Shown: piece after piece, positions 41,073 through 49,525 of the stretch
How the letters are laid out: the number at the start of each line of letters is the position of its first letter
Position numbering within the stretch: the first letter of the stretch is position 1
Notes under the pieces: model-generated
What the model saw: the letters and a program-made list of their open reading frames with translations, nothing else
What the model was told of the DNA's origin: nothing
The model's database searches: none
Assembly: GCA_049521795.1 (NCBI GenBank)
Contig: JBEKOM010000002.1
Coordinates: 32,001-96,000 of the forward strand
Source: Candidatus Bathyarchaeia archaeon
GTDB taxonomy: Archaea; Thermoproteota; Bathyarchaeia; Bathyarchaeales; Bathycorpusculaceae
Direction of reading: 5' to 3'
Length of the DNA: 64,000 bases
Position numbers and translations under genes: made by a program

Positions 41073-41270
41073 TTAGTAGCTCCTTTTCGCCTGTGCTCGA
41101 ATTAACACGTTCATTCTATTTTGGAACGCCGTGACCAGGTCGTCTAGCAATATTCGTTGCAATTCTGCCGAGAGTCCTTTGACGTTTCTCTTGAAAACCT
41201 TGGCCATTTTGTTTTCCAGTTCCCTTCTTTCTTTAAGAGTCAATGCTTTTTTCAAAGGGCTTTCCTCCAT
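41073..41270 (-). CDS. Small helical hypothetical protein
   Basis: 65-aa ATG-started amphipathic helical ORF co-oriented with neighbours. Confidence 0.6.
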   Translation of the reverse strand: MEESPLKKALTLKERRELENKMAKVFKRNVKGLSAELQRILLDDLVTAFQNRMNVLIRAQAKRSY

Positions 41271-41738
41271 TGTTTACGCACACGATAAGCCTTTGGTACT
41301 TAACTGTCTTATGAATTGAAAATGTGAATTCACAATTCATGTTCGAAGATGGCCTAACGAGCTTGTCGTATCCTGTTTTGGAAGGTTTCAATGTTGTCTT
41401 TCGGCCCTCGACAAGATGTTCACGAGAACGGTAGATGGTCATGCCAACATTCTTGGCATGCGTAGCCTGTGTGTTTTTGTGGATGGAGAAGGTTATGAAG
41501 ACGCAATCTGCAGTTCTTTGTGCGATAAACCGATTCAGTGGTGTCAAACTTTTTATTTCCAGTTTCACTACTGTTCTCTTGCCGGATGATGAAAAGGCAT
41601 TAGATTGACACATAGGATGAAAGCTCAGAGTTACTCGGACGGCAACATGTGAGAGCCTTCCAGAAAAACATAATGAACCTCACATCGTTGAACTCACACT
41701 GTTGAACAGTTTCTATTATGTCATCACGGAGGACCACT

Positions 41739-42296
41739 TCAGATAGTTTCATTCATGTTCATACGGTAATTCTCTGTGACATTCAGAATCTGTTTCTGTG
41801 CGATCATGTAGACCAGGTTCACATCCTTGTTCCATTCCAGAGCGTACATCGTTGGGCAGTTGATCCTCTTCTCGGTGGGATCGACGTGCATCCAGATGCT
41901 CTCGATGAGAATTTCGTTCCAAACGTGGTCTCCAGCTACCTTCTTCGATTTCTCTTGAAGTACAGAGCAATCTATCACTATACGTGTTTGATACCCAGTC
42001 GCTAGCAACAATCCGTTGTAGAGCAAGGCAAACTCTCCGCACCTGCCCTTGGCTTGAACGATTATGTCAATCGGCATTTCTGCTCTTGGTTTAGGCAATT
42101 CTTCCTTGGCGTATTCAAGATGTCGATGCTCCCAAGTCAACAGCTGCTTCCAGTCTAGCGCTTCAACAGGGTCATGTAAGACAGCCTCTGCGTAGATGCG
42201 CAGTTCTTGTTCATACTCGGGTGTCGCCATCCTGTCGAAGCGTTGCCTGTAGACCTTGACTATTCCTGGATACTCAAGCTCGGGAATCCTTTGCAT
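41739..42296 (-). CDS. Transglutaminase-like protein resembling the peptide:N-glycanase (Png1/NGLY1) core
   Basis: Cys-His-Asp triad in GRCGEFA, DHVWNE, WMHVDP; start taken at MQRIPE. Confidence 0.8.
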   Translation of the reverse strand: MQRIPELEYPGIVKVYRQRFDRMATPEYEQELRIYAEAVLHDPVEALDWKQLLTWEHRHLEYAKEELPKPRAEMPIDIIVQAKGRCGEFALLYNGLLLATGYQTRIVIDCSVLQEKSKKVAGDHVWNEILIESIWMHVDPTEKRINCPTMYALEWNKDVNLVYMIAQKQILNVTENYRMNMNETI

Positions 42297-42370
42297 GAAG
42301 ATCAAATGGCAACGATAACGAACACTGCTTTTCAACCTTGTTTACTTGAAATCCAGATTTCGCGCAGGGG

Positions 42371-43180
42371 CTATGAAGGGCTGATAGAAGCGACGATCTT
42401 CGTGGCTTTGCGAGCAGTTGTAATGTAGCCAGAATGGGCTGTCATCAGAGTCTGCGGTCGAGTCTTTCCCCTTTCTATCTGCATGCCCCTCATCAGGCAC
42501 TCAACCGTTTCAATGTCAGTGAAACCATTTTCATTCAATGCTTCAACAGTCTTGACAACCTGGTCTATCGTTGGGCTAAAGGTCACGATTGTCCCGCTGG
42601 ACCTCAAGGCTGTAAATGAGTGAGGGACAACCAGCCAAGGAACTGCTAAGTCCAGAATTACCGTATCAACGTCCTTCTCGTCTATTCCAGCGGTAACGTC
42701 TTTGTTTTTCAGTTCCACAAAATCAATTACACCCGCTCTTTCGAGATTTCTCTTGGCTGTCTTTTGAAATTCTTCTCTTATCTCATAGCTGTACACTCTT
42801 CCGCTTGGTCTCACATAATGGGCCAAGGCCGTCGTCAGTGCACCGGTCCCTGTTCCGGCCTCAACGACCCTGCTTCCTGGACCCATCCCGCTGAACATAA
42901 CTATCAAGGCTATGTCCTTTGGGTACATTATCTGCGTTTGCCTCGCTGACTTCATGATGAAGTCGCGCAGCAGAGGCTTCAAGACTGCGAACTCGAACCC
43001 CAGGCTGCTCAGGACTGTGCAGCCGAAATCTTTTCCCATCAGGTCATCGAACTTAACAAAACCCTTGTGTGTATGAAAGCTCTTGCCTTGCTCAACTCTG
43101 ACTAGGTAGGTTTTCCTCTGACTGAGGCTGAGAAGAACGAGGTCACCTTCGGTTATTACCTGACTTGCCAATTCTTTCAC
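42371..43180 (-). CDS. trmI: tRNA (adenine-57/58-N1)-methyltransferase
   Basis: FHTHKG, TQIMYPKD, EAGTGTGALT, LDLAVPW, AHSGY. Confidence 0.95.
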   Translation of the reverse strand: MKELASQVITEGDLVLLSLSQRKTYLVRVEQGKSFHTHKGFVKFDDLMGKDFGCTVLSSLGFEFAVLKPLLRDFIMKSARQTQIMYPKDIALIVMFSGMGPGSRVVEAGTGTGALTTALAHYVRPSGRVYSYEIREEFQKTAKRNLERAGVIDFVELKNKDVTAGIDEKDVDTVILDLAVPWLVVPHSFTALRSSGTIVTFSPTIDQVVKTVEALNENGFTDIETVECLMRGMQIERGKTRPQTLMTAHSGYITTARKATKIVASISPS

Positions 43181-44658
43181 TAGGGTGTGTACTTAAACGG
43201 GTGCTTCGCCCGGTCCTTGTTCTCTATGAGTTCATCTACGCCTGGCCTGCCTTCCATCGTCTTGCGGATAGCATGTCGCATCGCCTTGTAATTGTTTATG
43301 TACACTCGTTGCCTGTCGACTGCCGTCGGGTGGACGAACACGTTCGCGATTATTATGAGTTCATCAGTGGCTTCTCTTGGAATCGTCCCGTCTGCAACAC
43401 TATCAACCACTGCTTTAGCCACCGCGGCCTGGGCTGGTCCGTAAACCATGCTTGCTTGGCGCATGCTGGCTATTGTCACTGTTGGGACGATCAGAGTTAC
43501 CGGTTTCACTGACAGGTTAGGTTCCAAGATGGCCAGTAACGGCTCGTGGCCTGAAGCCGGCGTTGCCTTGGCCTTCGCGAACGCATCGGCAACCGGTCCA
43601 TCTTTCTCCCCGATTAGAAGATCGATGTGCGCCACGTCTGAGCCCTGTCCAGCTAAGGCCTCACCTACACGCAGCTTGAATCTCTTGATCATTTCCGGTG
43701 TCAGGTCGATTGCCGCAAAACGTTCTTCGATGGGTCTCTCGGCCATCTCGAAGGCGACGGCCTTAGGCTTTATCTTTCCTACTTTCTCCAAGTCGAGACG
43801 CAGTTCTTCTCTTGCCTCATAGGTCAGTTCTCCGCCTACGCTTAGGGGTTTTCTAACAGGGCCAACCTTGATCTTCATCATGTTGAGAGCCTCTTTCGTG
43901 CCCACGGCTCCACTACCAGCAATGATCCTCGCAATTTTCTGAACCTTGTACTGCAGCTCGCGTGCCGGTTGAAGTTCACCTTTCTTCACGTGATCATAGA
44001 TTTGAACCCAGATGTCTGGAATCACGTTGGCGCTTGCAAGTATCGCGCCGGAACAGCCGGCAGCCAACCCTGCCAAGACGACCTCGTCGTGCCCGCAAAG
44101 AACGTTAATCTTGTCCCTCACCTTCTCAAGAACAGCCAGTATGAACTTGAGCTGCCCGCTACTGTCCTTTACTCCGACGATGTTTGGTATTTGGGCCAAG
44201 TCCTCAACCATTTGCCAAGGCAAATCCAACCCTGTGCACTGGGGAATGTTGTAGAGAATTATCGGCATGTCCACTTCGTTCGCTATCGTGTAAAAATGCT
44301 CGTAGATTCCGCGGTCAGCTGGCTTCAGGTAGAAAGGAGTAACGATCAGGGCTGCGGTAGCGCCAGCGTCCTTCGCATACCTTGTCATCTCCACAGTCTG
44401 GTCGGTTCCACTGGCTCCTGTTCCCGCTATTACAGGAACTCGCCCGTTAACTTCATCGATCACAATTTCGATCACGCGCCTTTTCTCCTCGGTTGTCATG
44501 TTCACGAATTCGCCGGTCGTCCCGCATGGAACGACGCCGTGGACGCCCAGTTCGAGGCAGTGGCTAACCAGGGTTCGAAGCCTCTCTTCGTCGACGGCTT
44601 TTCCATCATCTGTAAAGGGCGTGACCAAAGCTGGAAGAATTCCTTCAGGCTTGAACAT
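43180..44658 (-). CDS. DapA/NAL-family class I aldolase fused to formaldehyde-activating enzyme (Fae)
   Basis: About aa 1-295: PALVTPF, GTTGE, TPFY, LYNIP, GVKDS. About aa 328-492: VGEALAG...VAHIDLLIG..DGPV..AF...GH.PLLAILEPNL.VKP.T...GPAQAAVAKAVVDSV.DG...VF.HP...NY.A...HPF. Confidence 0.92.
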   Translation of the reverse strand: MFKPEGILPALVTPFTDDGKAVDEERLRTLVSHCLELGVHGVVPCGTTGEFVNMTTEEKRRVIEIVIDEVNGRVPVIAGTGASGTDQTVEMTRYAKDAGATAALIVTPFYLKPADRGIYEHFYTIANEVDMPIILYNIPQCTGLDLPWQMVEDLAQIPNIVGVKDSSGQLKFILAVLEKVRDKINVLCGHDEVVLAGLAAGCSGAILASANVIPDIWVQIYDHVKKGELQPARELQYKVQKIARIIAGSGAVGTKEALNMMKIKVGPVRKPLSVGGELTYEAREELRLDLEKVGKIKPKAVAFEMAERPIEERFAAIDLTPEMIKRFKLRVGEALAGQGSDVAHIDLLIGEKDGPVADAFAKAKATPASGHEPLLAILEPNLSVKPVTLIVPTVTIASMRQASMVYGPAQAAVAKAVVDSVADGTIPREATDELIIIANVFVHPTAVDRQRVYINNYKAMRHAIRKTMEGRPGVDELIENKDRAKHPFKYTP

Positions 44659-44868
44659 TCGTCGTCCCTAGCTTCTAGTCAGATATCGCTCTTATATCGT
44701 TTAAGCTTCGAATTGGGGAACAATCTCGTGAGACCGTTCAAGACTCAATGTTCACATAATCGATAAAACTCCATGGAAGTAGTCCGCTGACTATTCTCTC
44801 GTTTTGGCCGAAAATACTTAAATTCCATTAGTTAATCAACAATTACTAAAATCTGGAGGACGACTGTC

Positions 44869-46152
44869 GTGACTGACCTAAGGGAAAGGTTGAAAATCAA
44901 TCAAGAAAACCTGAAGGAAATCAACGATTTTCTGCTGAGAAAGGACAATCAGCTTGTAAATGACCTGCTGGAAATCGTCGACAGGTACGGCGGGGTTGAT
45001 GAAATCAACCGCAAGGCCGAAGAAGCGCACAAGATCGACAAGCTCATAGACAGGCTTAGAAAGAGCGAATCGCCTTTTGTCAAAAACCTTGAATGGTTGA
45101 CTAAGCAACGTGACAAACAGGCTTTCATCAGCGTTTCAGAGTACAGGAGGAAAGTTCTTGGGAAGAAGGCGGATTCCATGAAGTTTGACGAGTCCCTCGC
45201 AGTAACCTTGGAGATCAGCGCGTTCAACTTCTTCCCATGGCTGGTTGAGGAAGCCCAGAAGGCTATTGCAAAACAGGAGCTTATGCCGGCGCGGTACATC
45301 CGTGTGCGTTCAATGAAGGAACAAGTCAAAGACGATGACATCCTGGCTTTCGCAGCAGCGATGCAGATCATCGGCGCATCATATGTTCAAACGCTTGACA
45401 CGAAAGGAACACTGCCTGGGCCAGATGGCAAACCGATCAACGTTCACTTGGCCGGCCCAGAGACAATTACTGGCTATTTCGGCGGAGTGGGTGTCCCGAA
45501 TGAGTATTCGCTGAAATGGGTTGATGAGTTTCTCCATTACTACACCGAGTATGGTCTTCCACAAGTGTTGAACACGAATTCGGGCACCGTCCTTCTGGGG
45601 TACTGGCTACACAAGCTGGGAATCAACATCGAATTCAAGATTTCAGTCTTCTTAGGAATTGATAACCCCTACTCGATCCTCTGGACGCTGATGACCGCGA
45701 AACTCTTCAGTCGACGTGATGGCTCAACGCCGCTTATCGGATTCAATCTTTCAAATTCTGTTGATAACACAACCATTGAACTGGCGGCTTACGTCCGCAA
45801 TGCTTTCGGGTTTGAAGATGTTGTTCGCCTTGAGCATCACATCACTGAAGCCTACAAGAGCATCGTTAGACAGCCGTACGACCGGACTGCTGAGCTTGTG
45901 AGGCTTGCTGACCACGTGAAGAACATCAGTGCCAAGCATGAGGGCGGAATTCCTGAGACAGAAAGAAAGAGGGATCACGCTTCAGACATCCTTGACTACT
46001 TCATGCCAAAGAAGGACATCATCGACAAGGGTTTGATGCCAAAGTTTCTCATAAATTACCTTGACAAACACGATGCATTGAACAGAACAGCTGAGGCTCT
46101 GACCAAACACGGATTGACGTTCATCGCGGCGCAGAACTTGCATAAGAAATAG
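44869..46152 (+). CDS. Hypothetical soluble protein, 427 aa, enzyme-like
   Basis: Long ORF with GGAGG upstream; motif-like segments LEISA, LDTKGT, TITGYFGG, EHHITE, SAKHEG; family not recognised. Confidence 0.85.
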   Translation: MTDLRERLKINQENLKEINDFLLRKDNQLVNDLLEIVDRYGGVDEINRKAEEAHKIDKLIDRLRKSESPFVKNLEWLTKQRDKQAFISVSEYRRKVLGKKADSMKFDESLAVTLEISAFNFFPWLVEEAQKAIAKQELMPARYIRVRSMKEQVKDDDILAFAAAMQIIGASYVQTLDTKGTLPGPDGKPINVHLAGPETITGYFGGVGVPNEYSLKWVDEFLHYYTEYGLPQVLNTNSGTVLLGYWLHKLGINIEFKISVFLGIDNPYSILWTLMTAKLFSRRDGSTPLIGFNLSNSVDNTTIELAAYVRNAFGFEDVVRLEHHITEAYKSIVRQPYDRTAELVRLADHVKNISAKHEGGIPETERKRDHASDILDYFMPKKDIIDKGLMPKFLINYLDKHDALNRTAEALTKHGLTFIAAQNLHKK

Positions 46153-46360
46153 TCTGTAGGTTAGGCGTCTGCCTTTCGCGCGCGCGCACACGCTAAGGCG
46201 AGTATGCAGACTACTAAAGTTAGTTTCTTTAAACTTCTCATTGTCTCGGCACCTCTAGAACAGACTAGTGAGCGAGTTCTATGAGAAGTTTATTTAACAT
46301 TTTCTATCATCGTCAGCATGTTTCTGTCACGTGTAAAGAAATAGTGTGCGTATGGAGGGA

Positions 46361-46618
46361 CTATCTCATTGAGCGGATGAAGCGTTGGTATATGTACACG
46401 AAGTATATGGAAGAAAACGCGGTCAACAATATTTCAAAAGCCAAAATAGCCTGGTTACTTTCCACAGCCATGAAGTATCCGTGGGTCAGGATGTCTGTAA
46501 AGACTAATATCTGCAGGAATATTGCTCCGCCTAAGCAACTTAGACCCATGGTGTGAAAAAGGGCTTGCCTGCGCCTGTCCTGCTTTGTCGTGTTGAACAT
46601 CGTTATCGTAAATGTCAA
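46361..46618 (-). CDS. Small 2-TM membrane protein
   Basis: Two hydrophobic helices with basic flanks. Confidence 0.6.
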   Translation of the reverse strand: MTFTITMFNTTKQDRRRQALFHTMGLSCLGGAIFLQILVFTDILTHGYFMAVESNQAILAFEILLTAFSSIYFVYIYQRFIRSMR

Positions 46619-46701
46619 GAGTTGATACTTTAATTAATACGTTATGAATCTTCACACACCACAAACCCTAGTGATCCACTCTCAATATCGATACTAAGAG
46701 T

Positions 46702-46717
46702 TTGGAACCATTCCATT
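46702..46717. promoter_or_regulatory. Putative operator TTGGAACCATTCCATT, copy 2
   Basis: Exact match to 16400-16415; lies between divergent genes. Confidence 0.45.
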
Positions 46718-46835
46718 CGTGAGTCCCCTTGGATTGAAGTTTCTAATCTGTCTATGCCAGAACTGCCGCGCCTTGGCCGCCGCTAGGGATAATAAGTTCT
46801 GTGCAAGAGAGTGAGTCTCAGGGTAGGAAATCAAG

Positions 46836-47339
46836 ATGGATGTTCTTGAAGCGATTAGGATTCGAAAGAGCATCAGAAAGTACAGGCCAGAACCAATTCC
46901 TAACGAGAAGCTGGAGACTATTCTGGAGGCTGCCCGTCTGGCTCCGTCGGCAGCAAACCGCCAACCTTGGCGCTTCGTCGTAGTTGAAGACGGGGAACGC
47001 AGGAAGGCTTTAGCAAGAGCGGCGAATGATCAGACGTTCATAGGCGACGCCGGGGTGATTGCGGTGGCGATTAGTGATCCTGAAAAGTCAGCCAGGTGGC
47101 ACGAAAAGGACACGATGATAGCGTTGGAACACGTGGTCTTGGCGGCCACAGCTCTGGGTTACGGCACTTGCTGGATAGGTGCATTCGACGAGGACGCGGT
47201 GAAGAGTCTGCTTAAGATTCCTGCAAAGATGAAAGTCGTCGCGCTGTTGCCAATAGGGGTGCCGGACGAAAAGCCTGCTCCTAGACCGAGAAGAAAGCTG
47301 TCAGAGATTTTCTTCAAAAACGAGTGGCAACCTTCTTGA
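46836..47339 (+). CDS. Nitroreductase family protein
   Basis: RKSIRKY, APSAANRQPWRF, ALGYGTCWIG. Confidence 0.95.
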   Translation: MDVLEAIRIRKSIRKYRPEPIPNEKLETILEAARLAPSAANRQPWRFVVVEDGERRKALARAANDQTFIGDAGVIAVAISDPEKSARWHEKDTMIALEHVVLAATALGYGTCWIGAFDEDAVKSLLKIPAKMKVVALLPIGVPDEKPAPRPRRKLSEIFFKNEWQPS

Positions 47340-47360
47340 CGGGAGAGCAAGTGTTCCGCG

Positions 47361-48791
47361 TCAAGTGACAGTGCGGATGCCCTCTCTAATACTGCCTATT
47401 TGTTCAAAATTGTTTGTCAGAGTTCTGACGCGATAGGGACTTCTGATTAGCCTAGCGATCTGCCTTGATATGAAGCTTGGCCTTTTTACGAAGCGGTAGA
47501 AACCTTCATGTATCATTTGCTTTATTTCCTCGTAGGGGACCGCTGTTGGACATATTTCTGAAACTGCGACGCCTGTTTCCCAATAATCTCCGTTCTTTAG
47601 AAATCCCTTGGTTTCGAGTTCGTTCCACATGTCTGTTCCTGGAAAGACGCCCAGTATGTTGAACTGTGGCAGGTCTATGGGAATTCTGTTTGCAAAGTCG
47701 ATCGTGTTCTGAATTTCCTGTCTGGTCTCGTCAGGCGCGCCAACTATGAAAGACCCGACTATCACGTCTGCTCCCGCTTTTCTGGCCGTTCTCACCGCTG
47801 TCCTTGATTGGTCAGGTGTTATTCGCTTGTTGTAGTAATCTAGAATTCTTTGATTGGCGCTCTCCATGCCAAAGTACAAGATCTTGCACCCCGCTCTCGC
47901 AATCTCCCAGAGCATTTGGTAGGAAGCGTTACCCACTCTTCCTTCGCAGATCCACTCGATGTCCAGCTTTTCATTTTTCATTCCTCTGCAAAGCTCGACC
48001 ACATTCTTTGGGTTAGCGGTGAAATTGTCGTCAACAAAGATGAACTGTCTGTATCCTTCAGACGCAAGAAAACACAGTTCTTCCAAAGTGCTCTTCACGG
48101 ACCTAGGCCTCCACCTGTTACGAGCAAACTGCGCACAAGAACAGAACCGGCAATGGTAAAAGCAACCGCGGGAAGAAACGATGCTTGTGAACTTTCTTGG
48201 GGCAACATTCGCTCCTGCAATCACAGAGTGGTAGTCTTCACTGATTAGGGCACGGTCGGGAAAGGGAAGAGAATCCAAGTCCTCTATCAGAGGTCTGTCA
48301 GCCGTCGAAACGACTGCGTTTCCGTTCCTGAAGCTGATTCCAAGAACTTCTTTAAGCCTGCGTCTGTTCTCGAACCAATCTACTAAATCGATGACTGTGC
48401 GTTCTGCTTCTCCTCGAACGATGATGTCGACTGAAGGATATTTTCTCAGAATTCTTTCAGGATTAAACGTAGCGTAATAATTCCCGAACACTACGATAAC
48501 GTTCGGGTTTTCCTTCTTAACCTCGCTGCTTATCAGCGCGGCCGTGCGACCTGAGCTTGCAAAAGTTGAAAAACCAAGAATATCAGGATTCTCAGTCTTA
48601 ATCCAGCTGATCGTTTCCTTCAGCGTAAAACCCTTTGCTGCCTGATCCAGAACAGAAACCTCAACGCCTCTCGTTTCAAGGACCGCGGCCAAATACAAGA
48701 CGCCCAGAGGAGGCCACGCGCCGACCGACTTCTTTCCCTCACGTTCATCCAAATCTGCGTTCGGACCAGCAGCAACGAAAGAAAACTTCAT
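47361..48791 (-). CDS. Cobalamin-dependent radical SAM protein
   Basis: PPLGVLYLAA, RGEAE, SRGCFYHCRFC (CxxxCxxC), DDNF, GMES. Confidence 0.95.
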   Translation of the reverse strand: MKFSFVAAGPNADLDEREGKKSVGAWPPLGVLYLAAVLETRGVEVSVLDQAAKGFTLKETISWIKTENPDILGFSTFASSGRTAALISSEVKKENPNVIVVFGNYYATFNPERILRKYPSVDIIVRGEAERTVIDLVDWFENRRRLKEVLGISFRNGNAVVSTADRPLIEDLDSLPFPDRALISEDYHSVIAGANVAPRKFTSIVSSRGCFYHCRFCSCAQFARNRWRPRSVKSTLEELCFLASEGYRQFIFVDDNFTANPKNVVELCRGMKNEKLDIEWICEGRVGNASYQMLWEIARAGCKILYFGMESANQRILDYYNKRITPDQSRTAVRTARKAGADVIVGSFIVGAPDETRQEIQNTIDFANRIPIDLPQFNILGVFPGTDMWNELETKGFLKNGDYWETGVAVSEICPTAVPYEEIKQMIHEGFYRFVKRPSFISRQIARLIRSPYRVRTLTNNFEQIGSIREGIRTVT

Positions 48792-49248
48792 ACCCCGACC
48801 TGGCCTACCTTCAAACTCTGGCGAAAAATACTATTATTCCTTTCCATCCGCAGAGGATCCAGCCTTAGCTTGGTTTTCAGTTAATCTGGTTAGCCTCGTT
48901 CCGGAGTATATGCTCAAGCTGTCTCCCTCTCCGATTTCTCGCCCGCAGCTAGGGGATTTGGTATTTGATATCCCTGCCCAAAGTGTTTGTTGCTGCCTAT
49001 TAGGTTTTTCAAAGATGCACACGCGGTCCTCTACTCTCTGATTTGAGCAGCTTCAGAACATAACGCGCGATAAGAAGAGATTTAAGAAGTGCACGGTTGA
49101 ACCTGATTGCAAGCAACGTTCTAGCTGGGAAGACAGGGTCATTGGTCTGATGAAGCGGGCGCTGAGAGTGTTATGCTGTGCTTCTGTGCTCCTGTGAGAC
49201 TGTGAGGATTTGTCTAGGCGTGGTGTTTCGCGTTTGACCCCCTCTTTT

Positions 49249-49298
49249 CGTGGTAACGGTTTTGGTAATGTTGCGTGGTAATGTTTTGTGGTAACATT
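49249..49298 (+). repeat. Four direct repeats of TGGTAA(C/T) at 12-13 bp spacing
   Basis: TGGTAA at 49251, 49263, 49276 and 49289, immediately upstream of an RHH-like remnant. Confidence 0.75.
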
Positions 49299-49300
49299 TC

Positions 49301-49446
49301 TTGAAGAAGCAGACAGGCGTGTGGGTCAATGCTCAAGTCCGGGGGCCTACGGGAGTATCTGCAGCCGCGAGAAGCTGCGGCCATCCAAGCCCATAGAGGA
49401 GTTTCTTAGACTTGTGGCTGAAGCTTTGACCGGGGCGAGATCCTGA
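49301..49446 (+). pseudogene. Frameshifted ribbon-helix-helix (CopG-like) gene remnant
   Basis: LKKQTGVWVNAQV, shift in the G run near 49341-49345, then AYGSICSREKLRPSKPIEEFLRLVAEALTGARS*. Confidence 0.5.
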
Positions 49447-49525
49447 ATCCTAGAAGATCATAAGCCCCACATAGGAACAATTGGCCTTCCGTCGCCTACA
49501 AAAGTGCGGTATGCTTTTCCAGTCT

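Noticed and set aside
43180-44658. Calling the fusion gene dapA
   Set aside because: The Arg138 equivalent is Cys, a Fae domain is fused, and there is no lysine-pathway context
43969-44766. 265-aa + strand ORF
   Set aside because: Antisense shadow of the aldolase-Fae gene
49249-49298. CRISPR array or replication origin
   Set aside because: Units are only 12-13 bp with no spacers or cas genes; no ORB consensus or cdc6 nearby
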